Positions 1 to 12,061 of a stretch of DNA of 64,000 bases are shown here, in pieces; position 1 is the stretch's first letter, and every line of letters starts with the position of its first letter. The DNA lies in the NCBI GenBank assembly GCA_051294375.1, contig CM119267.1:10849045-10913044 (forward strand), read 5' to 3'. The notes under the pieces were generated by a model that was given only the letters and a program-made list of their open reading frames with translations, had not been told where the DNA came from and did no database searches. Position numbers and translations under genes: made by a program. This stretch comes from Paraspadella gotoi. Taxonomy: Eukaryota; Animalia; Chaetognatha.

Positions 1-1776
1 CTTGATAAAGTTTCTTTCAACGAAACCCAACGTCGCTGTATCCGAAGACGCTGACCCAGAAAGAAATTTAAAAAAACGCGAACTGCCGTTGAACAAGGCT
101 TGTATGGTGCACAACATCTTGTTGCAGGCATCAACGTCAAAGGTTTGCCATGTCTCGGGTGAAGCTTCTTCCAAGAACACGTCATATGTCGAGCGCATAA
201 CGATCAACAAGCTTTCCTCGTCATTAATGCCAATCGTCTCGATGGTTTCGGTTTCCGAACAATTGTAGAGTCGCATTCTGCGCAATCTCAACGCTTCCCG
301 CTTTTGCTTCGCTTCCTTCGCCGGGGATAGCGCTTGAGAAGAGCTGGGCGAACCAGCGCCAGCAGTGAACGAATTATTTCTCGCCTTCGCAAACTCGTCT
401 CCTTCCTTGCTCTTCCTTCTGCCTTCTTCCAATAACAAAAGGCTCCGGTCGATGCCCGACGAAGCTCGACGATGCATCGATCTATTCAGCGATCGACGAC
501 TTTCGTCGATGCCCTTAAACATACGTTTCTTGGCCGCCAGTTGGGCCGGAGTTAGGGGAAGGAACGTACGCGGTTTGGAGACATCGTTCAGACGTTCGCG
601 AAGGCGAGAGAGCGTCGAGGGAAGATTTATTGCGGAGGATTCGAAGGCGACAGAGCGGGACAGGTCGTCTTGGAGAGTTGGTCGTTTTCGTGTAGGAAAG
701 ATGAGCGCCGATGACTTGACAGGACAAAGAAGGCCCAGATAGTCGTCATATTCGAGCAGAAGGGCGGCCCCCTTTTCCTTCAAAGTAGCTATCAGAGAAA
801 GAAAATCGTCGCTATTCGACACGCATAGTAGCGAGCGCGAACAGTCCAAAGCGCTCAAGTCAAACGCTGATCCGGTAAGCAATCCTTTGGACACGAACTT
901 CGTACTTTTGTAGCAGTCTTCTGTGGAAACGCTTTGAAGTTCCACCTTGGCCCTAACATTTCCCAATACGAGGAAGCCTTCCCAACTTTGCCATTTTTTT
1001 CCTCTCAACGCTTCAGCCAGGACGGAAAATCCTTGGGTTTTTAAAGACGTCGACCTGATAATCGAACCTCCAACCAACGGGAAAATATTGGCGAAATTCG
1101 GAGCGATACTCGTCGGCACAGAGTGGATCCACGAGACGGCGCAACCAATTTGGTCCTTATAGAGACTTGCAACGAGCGGCGGAAACAAGGATCGAAAAAA
1201 CGATTGAGCGAGTTGGTATGAAGATGTCTCGGCCGCGGCGCCCATGAAATCTTGGAGTTGCTCTTTCGTCGAAGGAGCGTCACCCACAAGAAACAAAAAG
1301 TTGTGCACGTATTGCGTATCGGCTGTTTTACGTCCTCCGCCGCCACTGCCGCCACCGCAACCGCCGGCAAGGCGTTTGGGGACCGAAATTTCGCGGCGCG
1401 ATTCGTCAGATTTACGCCAGGGAAAATCATGACCGATCTCTTTGAGAAGAATTTGATAAACGGCCGAAAGAGACGACGTCGAACGAGGGAGATCTTTGTC
1501 CGTTTCGCATTTGGCGGCAAAATCTTCCTCGAAGCGTTTGAAGATTTTCAAGTTGAACTCGAAAAACTCCCGACGTTTGAGGTGAGTTTTCCAGTGACGG
1601 CTGCGGAAGAAGAGGTAACCGAACTCTACGAAAGGAGTTGTATCGGAGGAGGCGGGAAGACTCTGGGAGAGGCAGGACAAAACCTTCAAGACACAGTCGC
1701 TGATCACAGTGACAGAGTCGGGAGAAACAGAGTCGCAGTCGATGGCGAAAACCGCCTGGAGTCGATTCTCCTCCAT
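1..1776 (-). CDS. TICRR: Treslin/TICRR (Sld3-like replication initiation factor), 5' part; continues past the left edge
   Basis: Not in the ORF track, probably because the frame runs off the window edge. Manual translation from ATG 1776 gives MEENRLQAVFAIDC..VLKVLSCLS..VEFGYLFFRS..REFFEFNLKIFKRFEEDF..LKEIGHDFPW..HNFLFLVGDAPSTKEQLQDFM..AVSWIHS. This is collinear with the human TICRR N-terminus as recalled ([69 protein letters not shown]). Confidence 0.75.
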   Translation of the reverse strand, partial: MEENRLQAVFAIDCDSVSPDSVTVISDCVLKVLSCLSQSLPASSDTTPFVEFGYLFFRSRHWKTHLKRREFFEFNLKIFKRFEEDFAAKCETDKDLPRSTSSLSAVYQILLKEIGHDFPWRKSDESRREISVPKRLAGGCGGGSGGGGRKTADTQYVHNFLFLVGDAPSTKEQLQDFMGAAAETSSYQLAQSFFRSLFPPLVASLYKDQIGCAVSWIHSVPTSIAPNFANIFPLVGGSIIRSTSLKTQGFSVLAEALRGKKWQSWEGFLVLGNVRAKVELQSVSTEDCYKSTKFVSKGLLTGSAFDLSALDCSRSLLCVSNSDDFLSLIATLKEKGAALLLEYDDYLGLLCPVKSSALIFPTRKRPTLQDDLSRSVAFESSAINLPSTLSRLRERLNDVSKPRTFLPLTPAQLAAKKRMFKGIDESRRSLNRSMHRRASSGIDRSLLLLEEGRRKSKEGDEFAKARNNSFTAGAGSPSSSQALSPAKEAKQKREALRLRRMRLYNCSETETIETIGINDEESLLIVMRSTYDVFLEEASPETWQTFDVDACNKMLCTIQALFNGSSRFFKFLSGSASSDTATLGFVERNFIK

Positions 1777-2012
1777 TTCTATGGGTCCAAGTGAACATCC
1801 ATTTCATCTTTATCATAGCCTATTTAAAAAGCAAAAACAATGTTCACTTTCAATTTCAACCTTTCAATAAGTAAGCAGAAAATATTGACAAAACTATCAC
1901 GATGTGACTGTCAGAACTTTTTTAAAAAACGAAATAAATTTTTTTTGGAGTTAGAATGAATATTAAGTCCTTGGACAAAGAGTATGTAAGTCTTTAAATA
2001 AAGTTTGTCAGC

Positions 2013-3161
<1,149 letters not shown>

Positions 3162-3294
3162 TCAAAAAGATTATAAATTTGGTTGAACTGGAAAAGCAAA
3201 ATTAAAGTTGAAGCTAACTTTTTCAATAGAAAACAATTTAACTGAAAAAATTATTTAACATATTTAACATTCAACATTTAAAAAGGTCAAATCA

Positions 3295-3665
<371 letters not shown>

Positions 3666-3895
3666 ATCGTAAATAAAATAAATGCGTGTATGAGTGAGAG
3701 AGAGAAAGAGAGAAAGAGAAAAAAAAGAGAGAAGCTGGACAGCCACTGCAGAGCTGAACTCATTTTTATTTTTAGACGAATCAGACGGAAAAAAGAGAGA
3801 GCAACATAAAATTAGCCATAGCCGATGAAATTTAAATGCTAATGTTTAGACAAAGTTTGAAGAGAGATTTAACAACGATTTTTATTTCATAGTGA

Positions 3896-3937
3896 AACGG
3901 ACATGTTTCGACTCACATACGAGTCTTCTTCAGCGCC
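3896..3937 (-). ncRNA. Minimal type I hammerhead ribozyme, intact
   Basis: GGCG-CUGAAGA-A-GACUC(GUAUGU)GAGUC-GAAAC-AU-GUC^CGUU: conserved core, 5-bp stem II, palindromic ACAUGU stem III, GUC cleavage triplet, stem I GGCG/CGUU. Confidence 0.85.
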
Positions 3938-4498
3938 AATTCAATTTGTGAATTTGAAGAGAATTTTGTGCATAAAGAAAGAGAGAGAGAGAGACAGAGC
4001 AAAGTTTCCAACACAGAGTTTGAGAGAAAGGATAGTGTTCAGTTTTTTATTAGGGACAGGTGAAGCCTTTCATTTGTTCATAACCAAGGGGGCCAGCTCA
4101 TTTTTGAGCTCTTTCTTATTACTTGAAATTTCCCTTTTCCTAATTACTTAGCTATCCCTCACTAACAATAAATATTTCACATTTCTGAACTTCTATTTCA
4201 TTTCACTAATTTTACTGTAGCTAATTGTTGATATTATTCATTATTAAAGTTTACCAAATTTTAACATTGTTGTACATTTCATAATGTAATATATTTTAGG
4301 CACTGTCTCTCTCTCTCTTCTCTCTCTCTCCATTTCAATTTCTTTTCACAAACTATCTCTGTCTCACCTTCACCTGTCCCTAATAAAAAACTGAACACTA
4401 TCCTTTCTCTCAAACTCTGTGTTGGAAACTTTTGCTCTGTCTCTCTCTCTCTCTCTTTCTTTATGCACAAAATTCTCTTCAAATTCACAAATTGAATT

Positions 4499-4540
4499 GG
4501 CTCTGAAGAAGACTCGTATGTGAGTCGAAACATGTCCGTT
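4499..4540 (+). ncRNA. Minimal hammerhead ribozyme (partner arm, one stem I mismatch)
   Basis: GGCT-CTGAAGA-A-GACTC-GTATGT-GAGTC-GAAACATGTC-CGTT. Confidence 0.8.
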
Positions 4541-4749
4541 TCACTATGAAATAAAAATCGTTGTTTAAATCTCTCTTCAAACTTTGTTCTAAATCAAATC
4601 ACAACGAAACAGAAAGGAAAAAACACAAAATGCTAATGTTAAAATAAAAACAGCGTTAATAATACTATCATGACCATAGATTATGGTATTAAAATATTTT
4701 TTGTCAAAAATGCTTTCTTCTGAGGGTACTCACCTAATTAAAAATATTT

Positions 4750-5158
4750 TGAAATTGGTACAACCAATATAAAAATTATCCATTCATTTAATAAATAAGC
4801 TATCTTGCCCCTGACTTTGGACAGGCTTTGGTGGTTTAAGGCCTCCATCACTCTTACAAGATAATTACAAAGCAGGTCCCTGCAAGCTTTCAATCAAGAC
4901 TCTCTCACAGTCCTGTTTATTCACTCCCAGAGTACCTGGCTTCCCTATCAATGAAGTGGAAAATATTTCAAAGAATGTTTCAATTGTATGAAAAGACCAC
5001 TCCCTTAAGTATTAGATCGGGGAATACTTATTGTACTCCGCACTAGCATCAAAATACAAGAGCTGAATTTTATGAAATTGGTACAACCAAAATAAAAATT
5101 ATCCATTCATTTAATAAATAAGCTATCTTGCCCATGACTTTGGACAGGCTTTGGTGGT
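4750..5158 (+). repeat. Dispersed repeat TGAAATTGGTACAACCAA..AAGCTATCTTGCCC..GACTTTGGAC, two direct copies about 323 bp apart
   Basis: Copies at 4750-4835 and 5073-5158. Others at 20441 (partial), 33733-33815 (reverse) and 38556-38622 (diverged). Confidence 0.7.
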
Positions 5159-5168
5159 TATATTACTA

Positions 5169-5363
5169 TGGTGGACTAAAATCCACCAACCGTTCATCAG
5201 CGGCCATTGGTGCTGTAGGCAAGTCATTCGCCTCCCAACCCAAAGGTCCGGGGTTCTCGCCCGGTGGTCGTCTGGCAGTTAAGAGGGACGGGGGGCTTAA
5301 CCCGCCTGTAACATGGTGTTACAGCCTGATCCGAAGTTCAGCGACTGCTTATATTGAACGGTT
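5169..5363 (+). mobile_element. tRNA-derived (SINE-like) segment inside an element with short inverted repeats and a terminal hairpin
   Basis: A-box-like TGGTGCTGTAGG, anticodon-like loop CTCCCAA and B-box GGTTCTCGCCC at 5201-5272. Flanked by AACCGTTCA (5188) and TGAACGGTT (5355), with hairpin TGGTGGA-CTAAAA-TCCACCA. Near-identical reverse copy at 20121-20315. Confidence 0.7.
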
Positions 5364-5578
5364 CGGTCATTAACACTTATCAATAATTACTGTCTCTTCA
5401 TTACTATATAGAGCAAAAGATATTTTTTAAAAAGTTAAACAAGAAATATAATTACAGCTTTTAAAAATTCTTACGTTTTCTAAGTGAAAATATAGTGGTA
5501 ATAACCATTCTTTTTTCGTTGTTTTATGTATTGAGGCAAAATGGTTTGGGTTCACAACAAATTTTATTTTTCATAGAA

Positions 5579-5621
5579 AACGTACATGTTTCGGCTTTGG
5601 ATGCAAGCCTTCTTCAGCGTC
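5579..5621 (-). ncRNA. Minimal hammerhead ribozyme, intact, GUA cleavage triplet
   Basis: GACG-CUGAAGA-A-GGCUU(GCAUCCA)AAGCC-GAAAC-AU-GUA^CGUU. Confidence 0.85.
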
Positions 5622-5808
5622 AAATGATTTGTGAAATTTTGGACAGTTTTTTGTGTGAAAGAAGGGAGGGAGGGAGAGAGAGATAGGGCAAAGTTTCCAA
5701 CGCAGAGTTGAGAAAAGAATAATGGTCAAGTGGTGAGGACAGGTTAAGAATGAGGACAGATAGAGATTTTAGTTTTGAATAAGAAATGAAATGGTAAGAG
5801 TGAAAGAG

Positions 5809-5844
<36 letters not shown>

Positions 5845-6149
5845 GGAGACGGGTAGAGAGAAAATAATAATACATTTCAAATGTACAACAAATAAAGTTT
5901 TTAAACTAAATAAACAGGTATTAACAATTAACTATTTAATAAATAAATAAGTTTAAGTGAAGGTGGAAATGAAATGTGAAAGTGAGAAGATACATTTAGT
6001 GTAAAGAATTGTTAATAAAGTTAGAAATTAAAAGTTAAGATAAAGCTCAACCAATGACACGCCAATAACCCAGCTGCATCGCCCGAGCCTCTCATTTGTC
6101 CAAACCAAGGGGGGGCAGCTCACTTTGTCCAAAATTTCACAAATCATTT

Positions 6150-6185
6150 GACGCTGAAGAAGGCTTGCATCCAAAGCCGAAACAT
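6150..6185 (+). ncRNA. Hammerhead motif with the cleavage site deleted (degenerate)
   Basis: GACGCTGAAGAAGGCTTGCATCCAAAGCCGAAACAT, then lacks the GTACGTT present in the partner arm. Confidence 0.6.
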
Positions 6186-6584
6186 AAAATTCGTTGTAAA
6201 CAAAACCATTTTGCCTCAATAAGTGAAAATATAAAAAAACAGATAAAATTATCGAAAGATCATGATGATGATGATTTTTTATAGTTTTTCTTATTTTTGA
6301 CACACTTATCGTAAAAATGTTTAAAAAAGAATCATACTTTGTGTAGACAACTTTTTATGAGCTATCTGAATCTGGTCTTAAAATTTAAAAATTCAAAAAA
6401 ATTTTTTTGGCCTTTCCTATCTATAAATAAATATTAAAAAATTAATTACTAGGGTATAGAGCCATATTAGAAATTTTTGGTCCATTGAAAGTATTCTTAA
6501 AAATGTCTAAATATTCGTTTGAGCATGTACTCACTCAAAATTTTTGACTCACCCCATTGAGTGCGGCTACCCCTAATATAATTA

Positions 6585-6874
6585 AACGAGAGAGAGAAGC
6601 TGGACAGCCGCTGCAGAGCTGAACTCGTTTATATATATAAAAATTGTTTTGTAAATAAAAGAAACAAACGTGTGTAGCAATATGAAACATATGAATTTAA
6701 AATATCTTGCTGATTAGAAGCTATATCTAAAATTTTAGCTTCCTATGGTTATACACTTTTACAATTTCCAATAGTAAAAAAGCGTGAAGACGACAACAAC
6801 AACGGTCAAAAAGAAGCAGAAGCGATCCTACATCTCGCCCAAGTCGGGCTTTAGCCCGTCTGGCGAGATAAAAA
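6585..6874 (-). mobile_element. HINE/DINE-1-like non-autonomous element, family A
   Basis: Minus-strand start TTTTTATCTCGCCAGACGGGCTAAAGCCCGACTTGGGCGAGAT (palindromic). Core and CAGCCGCTGCAGAGCTGAACTCGTTT are shared with 17520-19524 and 3730-3790. Confidence 0.55.
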
Positions 6875-7102
6875 GAACAGTATCAGCATATTATAAGAAA
6901 GTGGCTAAAGTAAACACGTGTGACGCACCGATTTTGCTTTTGCTTTTTAGCTAAAACTTTCTTTATCTTCAAAGTTTTGTGAGAAGGCATCCTAGATTCC
7001 TTTATAGTCTATTGCTTCTGAATAAAAACTAAAGAAACAAAATTGAATCATAACATCAACAACGAATATCTTCATAAAAACAGTCTTCAACATTTTAACA
7101 GT

Positions 7103-9453
7103 TCACGAGAATTGTCTTTTGTCGCCCTTTTTCTTTTTCACTTCTCTGAAGATCTTTGTCATCTGCGCCGACTTCTTCTTTTGGAACCCAAAATTTTCAC
7201 CGCCGCTCCGCGACTTTTTCCTTGACGCCGAGACACGCAAGTCGACACGAGGGGGAACCGTGAATCCAAAAGCTGCAGAAAGATAATCAATAATTGTTTA
7301 TCTATAATGTATAAAGGCACAATTTATATAAATAAACAATGTATAATACACAAATTAAATAAGGCACGCTATACCTTTTGCGGAAGCTTTGAGGTCGAGA
7401 ACGTTAATATCAAAAACACTCTTCAAGGAATGCGCGGCATACGCGGCAACGTAGGATTTGTAAGCCATTTGGGCACTTTTGTGCAGGAAGTAGTTTTTCT
7501 CGATGAGTTTCTCCAGTTGCGGTTGAATGTTTGCAATTTTGTTCCACCCGAATTCGAATTCATTGAGCGGAACTTTCGCCTGTTTCAGATAACGGATGAA
7601 TCCTAACTCTTCGGGCCGCAAGATGAGAAGGGCGTGACCTTTTCCTCCTTCCCCTCGAGCGGTTCGACCGACGCGGTGAATGTACTCCTGAAAAGTCAAT
7701 TCAGAAGCAAAATTAAGTTACATATCTTTTAATAAATGGGTTTCATTTCAAAGAATTTCAAACTAATGAAAGCAATCCTTACCTTCGGGTCATCGGGTGG
7801 ATCGAATTGGATGATCCAATCGACCAGAGGAATGTCCAGCCCGCGAGCGGCGACGTCAGTGCACAACAAGATGCCTTCCGTCGCGTTGCAAAATTTAAAA
7901 AAGGTTTCCGTCCGTTTGCTTTGCTTTTGTTTCCCGTGGATGCACGTGCAGGCGAGATCAACGTAGTTCAAAAGCTCGTAGTGATACTTGACGCTCATGC
8001 AGGAGGAGAGGAAGACCATCACCTTCTTCTTTCGGTTCTTTTTGAGAAAAGTGAAAAGAAGCAAGAAACGTTTGTCGGCGGGACAAACGACGAACCCTTG
8101 CTCCAGAGATGCGTTGGTAGCCATCTCGTTTTTGTCATCGACGCCGACGTAAAGGGGCTCTCCCTAACAGGTAAAACAAAGGATAGTTAAGTTTGCCACA
8201 ACATACCGCACTCAATGATTCTTTCGCGTTCAGCATGCCTTTAACGAAATTCTCGCCAAATCTTCGGTTTTTCTCGTCTGAGTCGCGGAAAACATCATGG
8301 TTTGGCGCTTTTTGGGAAGAAGACGAATGATTTGCTTCATTTCTTCTTCGAATCCAATGTCCAGAATGCGGTCGGCCTCGTCGATGACGAGACATTGAAC
8401 ATTCTTGTACAGAAAGTCTGAACAATTTTGCATGTGGTCAAGAAGACGGCCCGGTGTCGCCACCAATATATTAACTCCTAAAAGGAATAAATATTGATAT
8501 AAAAAACAAGAATTTAAACAAGTAATTTAATTTTCATTTGCTTCTACGTAATTAATTCCAATTATCAACAATTTACAATTTACCTTTGGCTAATTTTGCG
8601 GCCTCCGTTTTTCGATCAGCGCCGCCCATGATCAAGCCAAAAGTGTGCGAATGAAATTGCATGAGCTCGCGCAAAACTCCGAAAGTCTGCATCGCCAATT
8701 CTCGAGTGGGAGATAACACGATAACTCCAGTTCCTGAAAAGTCGAGACGATATCAAATTGATTAAACTTGAAGCAATATATATAGGAATATTAAAGAAAC
8801 CAAAGCTTACCGTTCCGAGGTAGGAATTTAAGCTTATAGACAAGCTCGAGAGCAGGGATCAAAAATCCCAGAGTCTTCCCAGACCCAGTTCTAGCGGCAG
8901 CGAGAATGTCTCGACCTTCGAGAAGCGGTGGAATGCTTTGGGCTTGGATCTCCGTCATGTGAGTGTAGCCCATCTCCTTCACAGCACGCAATGTGTGGGA
9001 GGAAATTTTGCCTTCAAGCGATGCGAAAGCTACGTCGCTCATGATGGATTGATTTTTGGAGGGCGCGGTCGAGACGACGGACTGTGAAGGTTCCGCTTTT
9101 TCTTTTCCGACTTCGATTGGCGTAGGGGTATCGACTTTGGGGTCGTCTCCCTCAGAATCGGTGCCGACTAACACAGAAGTGTCGGGGGCGGCATCGTCGA
9201 CGTCGTCCTCTTCCATCATTTCAACGTCGGGAAGCACCGCATCGTCAATCTTATTAGGCTTCGCTTTCGCTTTCTTTTTTTTCTTCTTTTTCTGCTCCTG
9301 GTCGCTGGAAATAGTCGAGGACGAACCAATGGACTCACTGTTTTTGGGCAAATTCTTTTTGGGCTTCGCCTTCTTTTCGTTGATATCAGCTTGAACCGAT
9401 TTTTGAAACTCGGCTCGTTTTTTTATTTTCCGAAGAAGATGTTTTTGATCCAT
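7103..9453 (-). CDS. DDX18: DEAD-box RNA helicase DDX18/Has1/pitchoune, spliced (6 exons)
   Basis: Motifs [73 protein letters not shown] and a C-terminal [16 protein letters not shown] introns; stop TGA at 7103-7105. Confidence 0.95.
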
Positions 9454-9555
9454 TTTCGATATTTCTTAAACTAATGAGTAAAAATGACAGTACTACAAAG
9501 AAATGTAAACAAAATACAAACTAACAATCATTTTGGAAAACGTTATAGGAATGAG

Positions 9556-10188
9556 TTATGCGGTAGTACTAGTGTCTCTAGATCGGTACATGATGCCTTG
9601 AGATCGAAGGTCGCTTACAACAGTGTTGGGCAGCTTTCCCTAAAAGGGACATTTAGTAATAAGTTGCAAATTTTAAAATCTGGTACAATTAGGAACAAGG
9701 AAATTAAAAAACGAGAATGAGATGATTACCTGAACAGAAATCGCGTAACAACCTTTGACAAGATTGCCAATCCTTTGCCATTTCGCGACCCAAGAATCCT
9801 CAGGACTCATCATTGAAACGACGCCCTCGAAAGAGGAGCTCGTACATGTGTAGACTGCTTCCCGATTGTTCTGTAATTTATATTTGCCATAAGACAAAAA
9901 ACGAATACAATTTTATAATTGCAATATATACAATTCATGATTTTTTTATATATTTTAGACTCATCTATGAGATTTATGAAACGGTAGCAGAAAGGTTATT
10001 GGTTAATAAATTACTAATACTACTAATTAAAAAATACCAACCTTTAATTGTAGAAATCTATCACAGTTGTCGCACCCATCCATTTCAAATTGATCAAAAG
10101 TTTTAACCAGTGAACAAAGAAGACAAGCTCTTAGGTTCCGCAAGGTGTTCGGAACGCAATCCAAAGAAGCGGCCGAGTCAATGGACAT
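9556..10188 (-). CDS. SUPT4H1: Transcription elongation factor SPT4, 3 exons
   Basis: [49 protein letters not shown]|[47 protein letters not shown]|[27 protein letters not shown]. Confidence 0.96.
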
Positions 10189-10585
10189 TGTTGTAGTCTG
10201 TGAAACGGATTTCTGGAATGTATGTAAAATTTTCGAAGGGCGCTTCTGGAAAGAAAAAGGAACAAGACCAAAATACAAACTTAACTATACTGTATAAATC
10301 AGGATATGATACAGGTGAAGAAAAAACCTTCATCAAAATAACTAAATGAATTTTGAAACTGAAAAAGGACAATAGAACAAATTGCTAAAAAAATACGTTT
10401 ATTAGTGAAATAATTAAACAAACCACCCCTCTGTCATTTCTTGGTATTATTCATATGAAGCCTATAATTTTATTTTAACTCTCGACATAAAGTAAGAATT
10501 GATACATATAAAATGGAGATGAGGGGAAAATAGGAGAGAACTGATGAAATGATATCCTGTTTGATCTACATTAATTTCTGCGAAA

Positions 10586-11837
10586 TCAAACGAGTAATGA
10601 GGGAAGCGCGGGCTTTTTCCCGGGCCACGCCTCCTTAGCGTATTTCTTCTTTCTTGGACCAAGAGTGCCACCACCTTCAGCATCCATTTCAGGTCCGATC
10701 ATGCCTTGGCCATCTGTTCGAACACCTGAGTGAAAGAAATAATTAAGTCAGACCAAACAAAGAAATAAAATCAACCAAAAATCAGATTATAAATAAATAA
10801 AAGTCTTTTCACCGTGAATCGGAAGAGGCGCGATGAATGGATTCTCGTCCATGTCGACTTCCGGCGCAGGATTTGGAATGCTTAGTCCGAGTTTGCTCAT
10901 CGTGGCAAAAGAAAGGCCCGGGAGCTGCGGCGTTGCGTTGTGGGCGTCCGGAATTCCGTCGTAAAGATCAGGCTCTCCGGCCGACAATTTCCGTCGCATC
11001 TTCCCGTCGTCGGCCGAGGCGGCGGCCCCTGGAAATCCTTCGACGTTGCCTGAGTTGAAACCTCCCGAGGCGAGTTTTTGTTTCTTGTTGGGAATGACCG
11101 CCGTCTGGACGAGGTTGCGGAAGCGCCCGATGGAAGGATCCACGTCTTCGGGGTTGATGATGTCCTCCTCCTCCTTTTTATTTCGGATTGAAGGACGCCC
11201 GAAATAATAGGTTTGAGTCGAAGAGATCAACCTTGAAACTACTTACGTTGAAGATGACCCTCGATCGTTTTCGCCCGGGATTCGGCGGTTTCGGCGGCTC
11301 GTGTGAGAGGTCGACCAGTTGAGCGATTCTCCGGTTGTGCGCCGTGTTGAACTCGGTCAGATTGTCGAGTTCCGTCTCCGTTTCAGGCAACCCAAGGAGG
11401 CCGCCCTCCAGTTCGCTCTCGCCAATGTCGGTGTCAATAGCGGCGACGTTGCTGCCGCCAGCGCCCTGAGGGCGCTCCCGGATCGTGTATGTCCGAGTGG
11501 AAGCACCAAAGGAGATGGTACTGTCAATCATCACCTGAGTAGGCTTCTTCGGTTCGAGACGGAAGTTACCGATGTAAGTGCCATGAGTCGAGCCATTGTC
11601 GATGAGGAACGGCCGGTCGAGGTTCTTGTGCCAGACGAGGCAGGCGTGGACGCGAGAGCAGGATGCGTGCTCGATCGCGAAATCACAAAGTTTGTTGTTG
11701 CGGCCAAAGAGGTAACACTTTTTCTCGTCCACCATGAGTTTTTGAATCATTTTTCCGTCCTTCAGCACGTCTAGATGGAGCCCTGACGGAGGTTTCCCGG
11801 CCCACGAGGGGATGTCGAAACCCCCGGCGTTCGACAT
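10586..11837 (-). CDS. PPP1R8: Nuclear inhibitor of PP1 (NIPP1), 3 exons
   Basis: FHA domain (YLFGRN..HASCSRVHA..GSTHGT), ELDNLTEFNTAHNRRI, PP1-binding RVIF, EEDIINPEDVDPSIGRFRNLVQTAV and C-terminal KKKYAKEAWPGKKPALPSLLV*. Confidence 0.96.
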
Positions 11838-12061
11838 GATTCCAGGCGACTGTCCACAAATTAACGTTGTGGATGCATTTAAGGGTGTTCGTAGGATGAA
11901 CCTCGATCTCTGAAACCTAAGATCTAAAACGATCGGTACGCAAACTAAGTTTTAAGGATAACTATTAATAAAAATAGCAGAAAGAGAATCGTAACAGAAC
12001 TGGTCTCTAATTTACAGCACAAAATTACCAATCAATAAGAAATTTCGAAATAAGGTTTAGG

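Larger units (their letters stand above)
3834..4640 (+). mobile_element. Non-coding Penelope-like pLTR derivative with inverted arms and two hammerhead motifs
   Basis: Arms 3847-4065 and 4368-4591 are inverted copies. 13-bp direct repeat AAATGCTAATGTT at 3834-3846 and 4628-4640 (TSD). Tail ACAACGAAACAGAAAGGA at 4601. Confidence 0.75.
5497..6260. mobile_element. Second Penelope-like inverted pair with hammerhead motifs
   Basis: Arms about 5497-5645 and 6125-6260 are inverted. Shares CCAAGGGGGGGCAGCTC and CACCTGTCC-type/GTTGGAAACTTTG motifs with the 3.8-kb and 17.7-kb copies. Confidence 0.7.

Noticed and set aside
2-1816. Track ORFs on both strands in the first 1.8 kb
   Set aside because: Antisense or out-of-frame shadows of the TICRR frame.
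5201-5272. Functional tRNA-Gly gene
   Set aside because: Acceptor and anticodon stems do not pair properly, and it is embedded in a multi-copy repeat.
9872-10041. Intronic snoRNA in the longer SPT4 intron
   Set aside because: No C/D or H/ACA box pair with terminal stem could be found.
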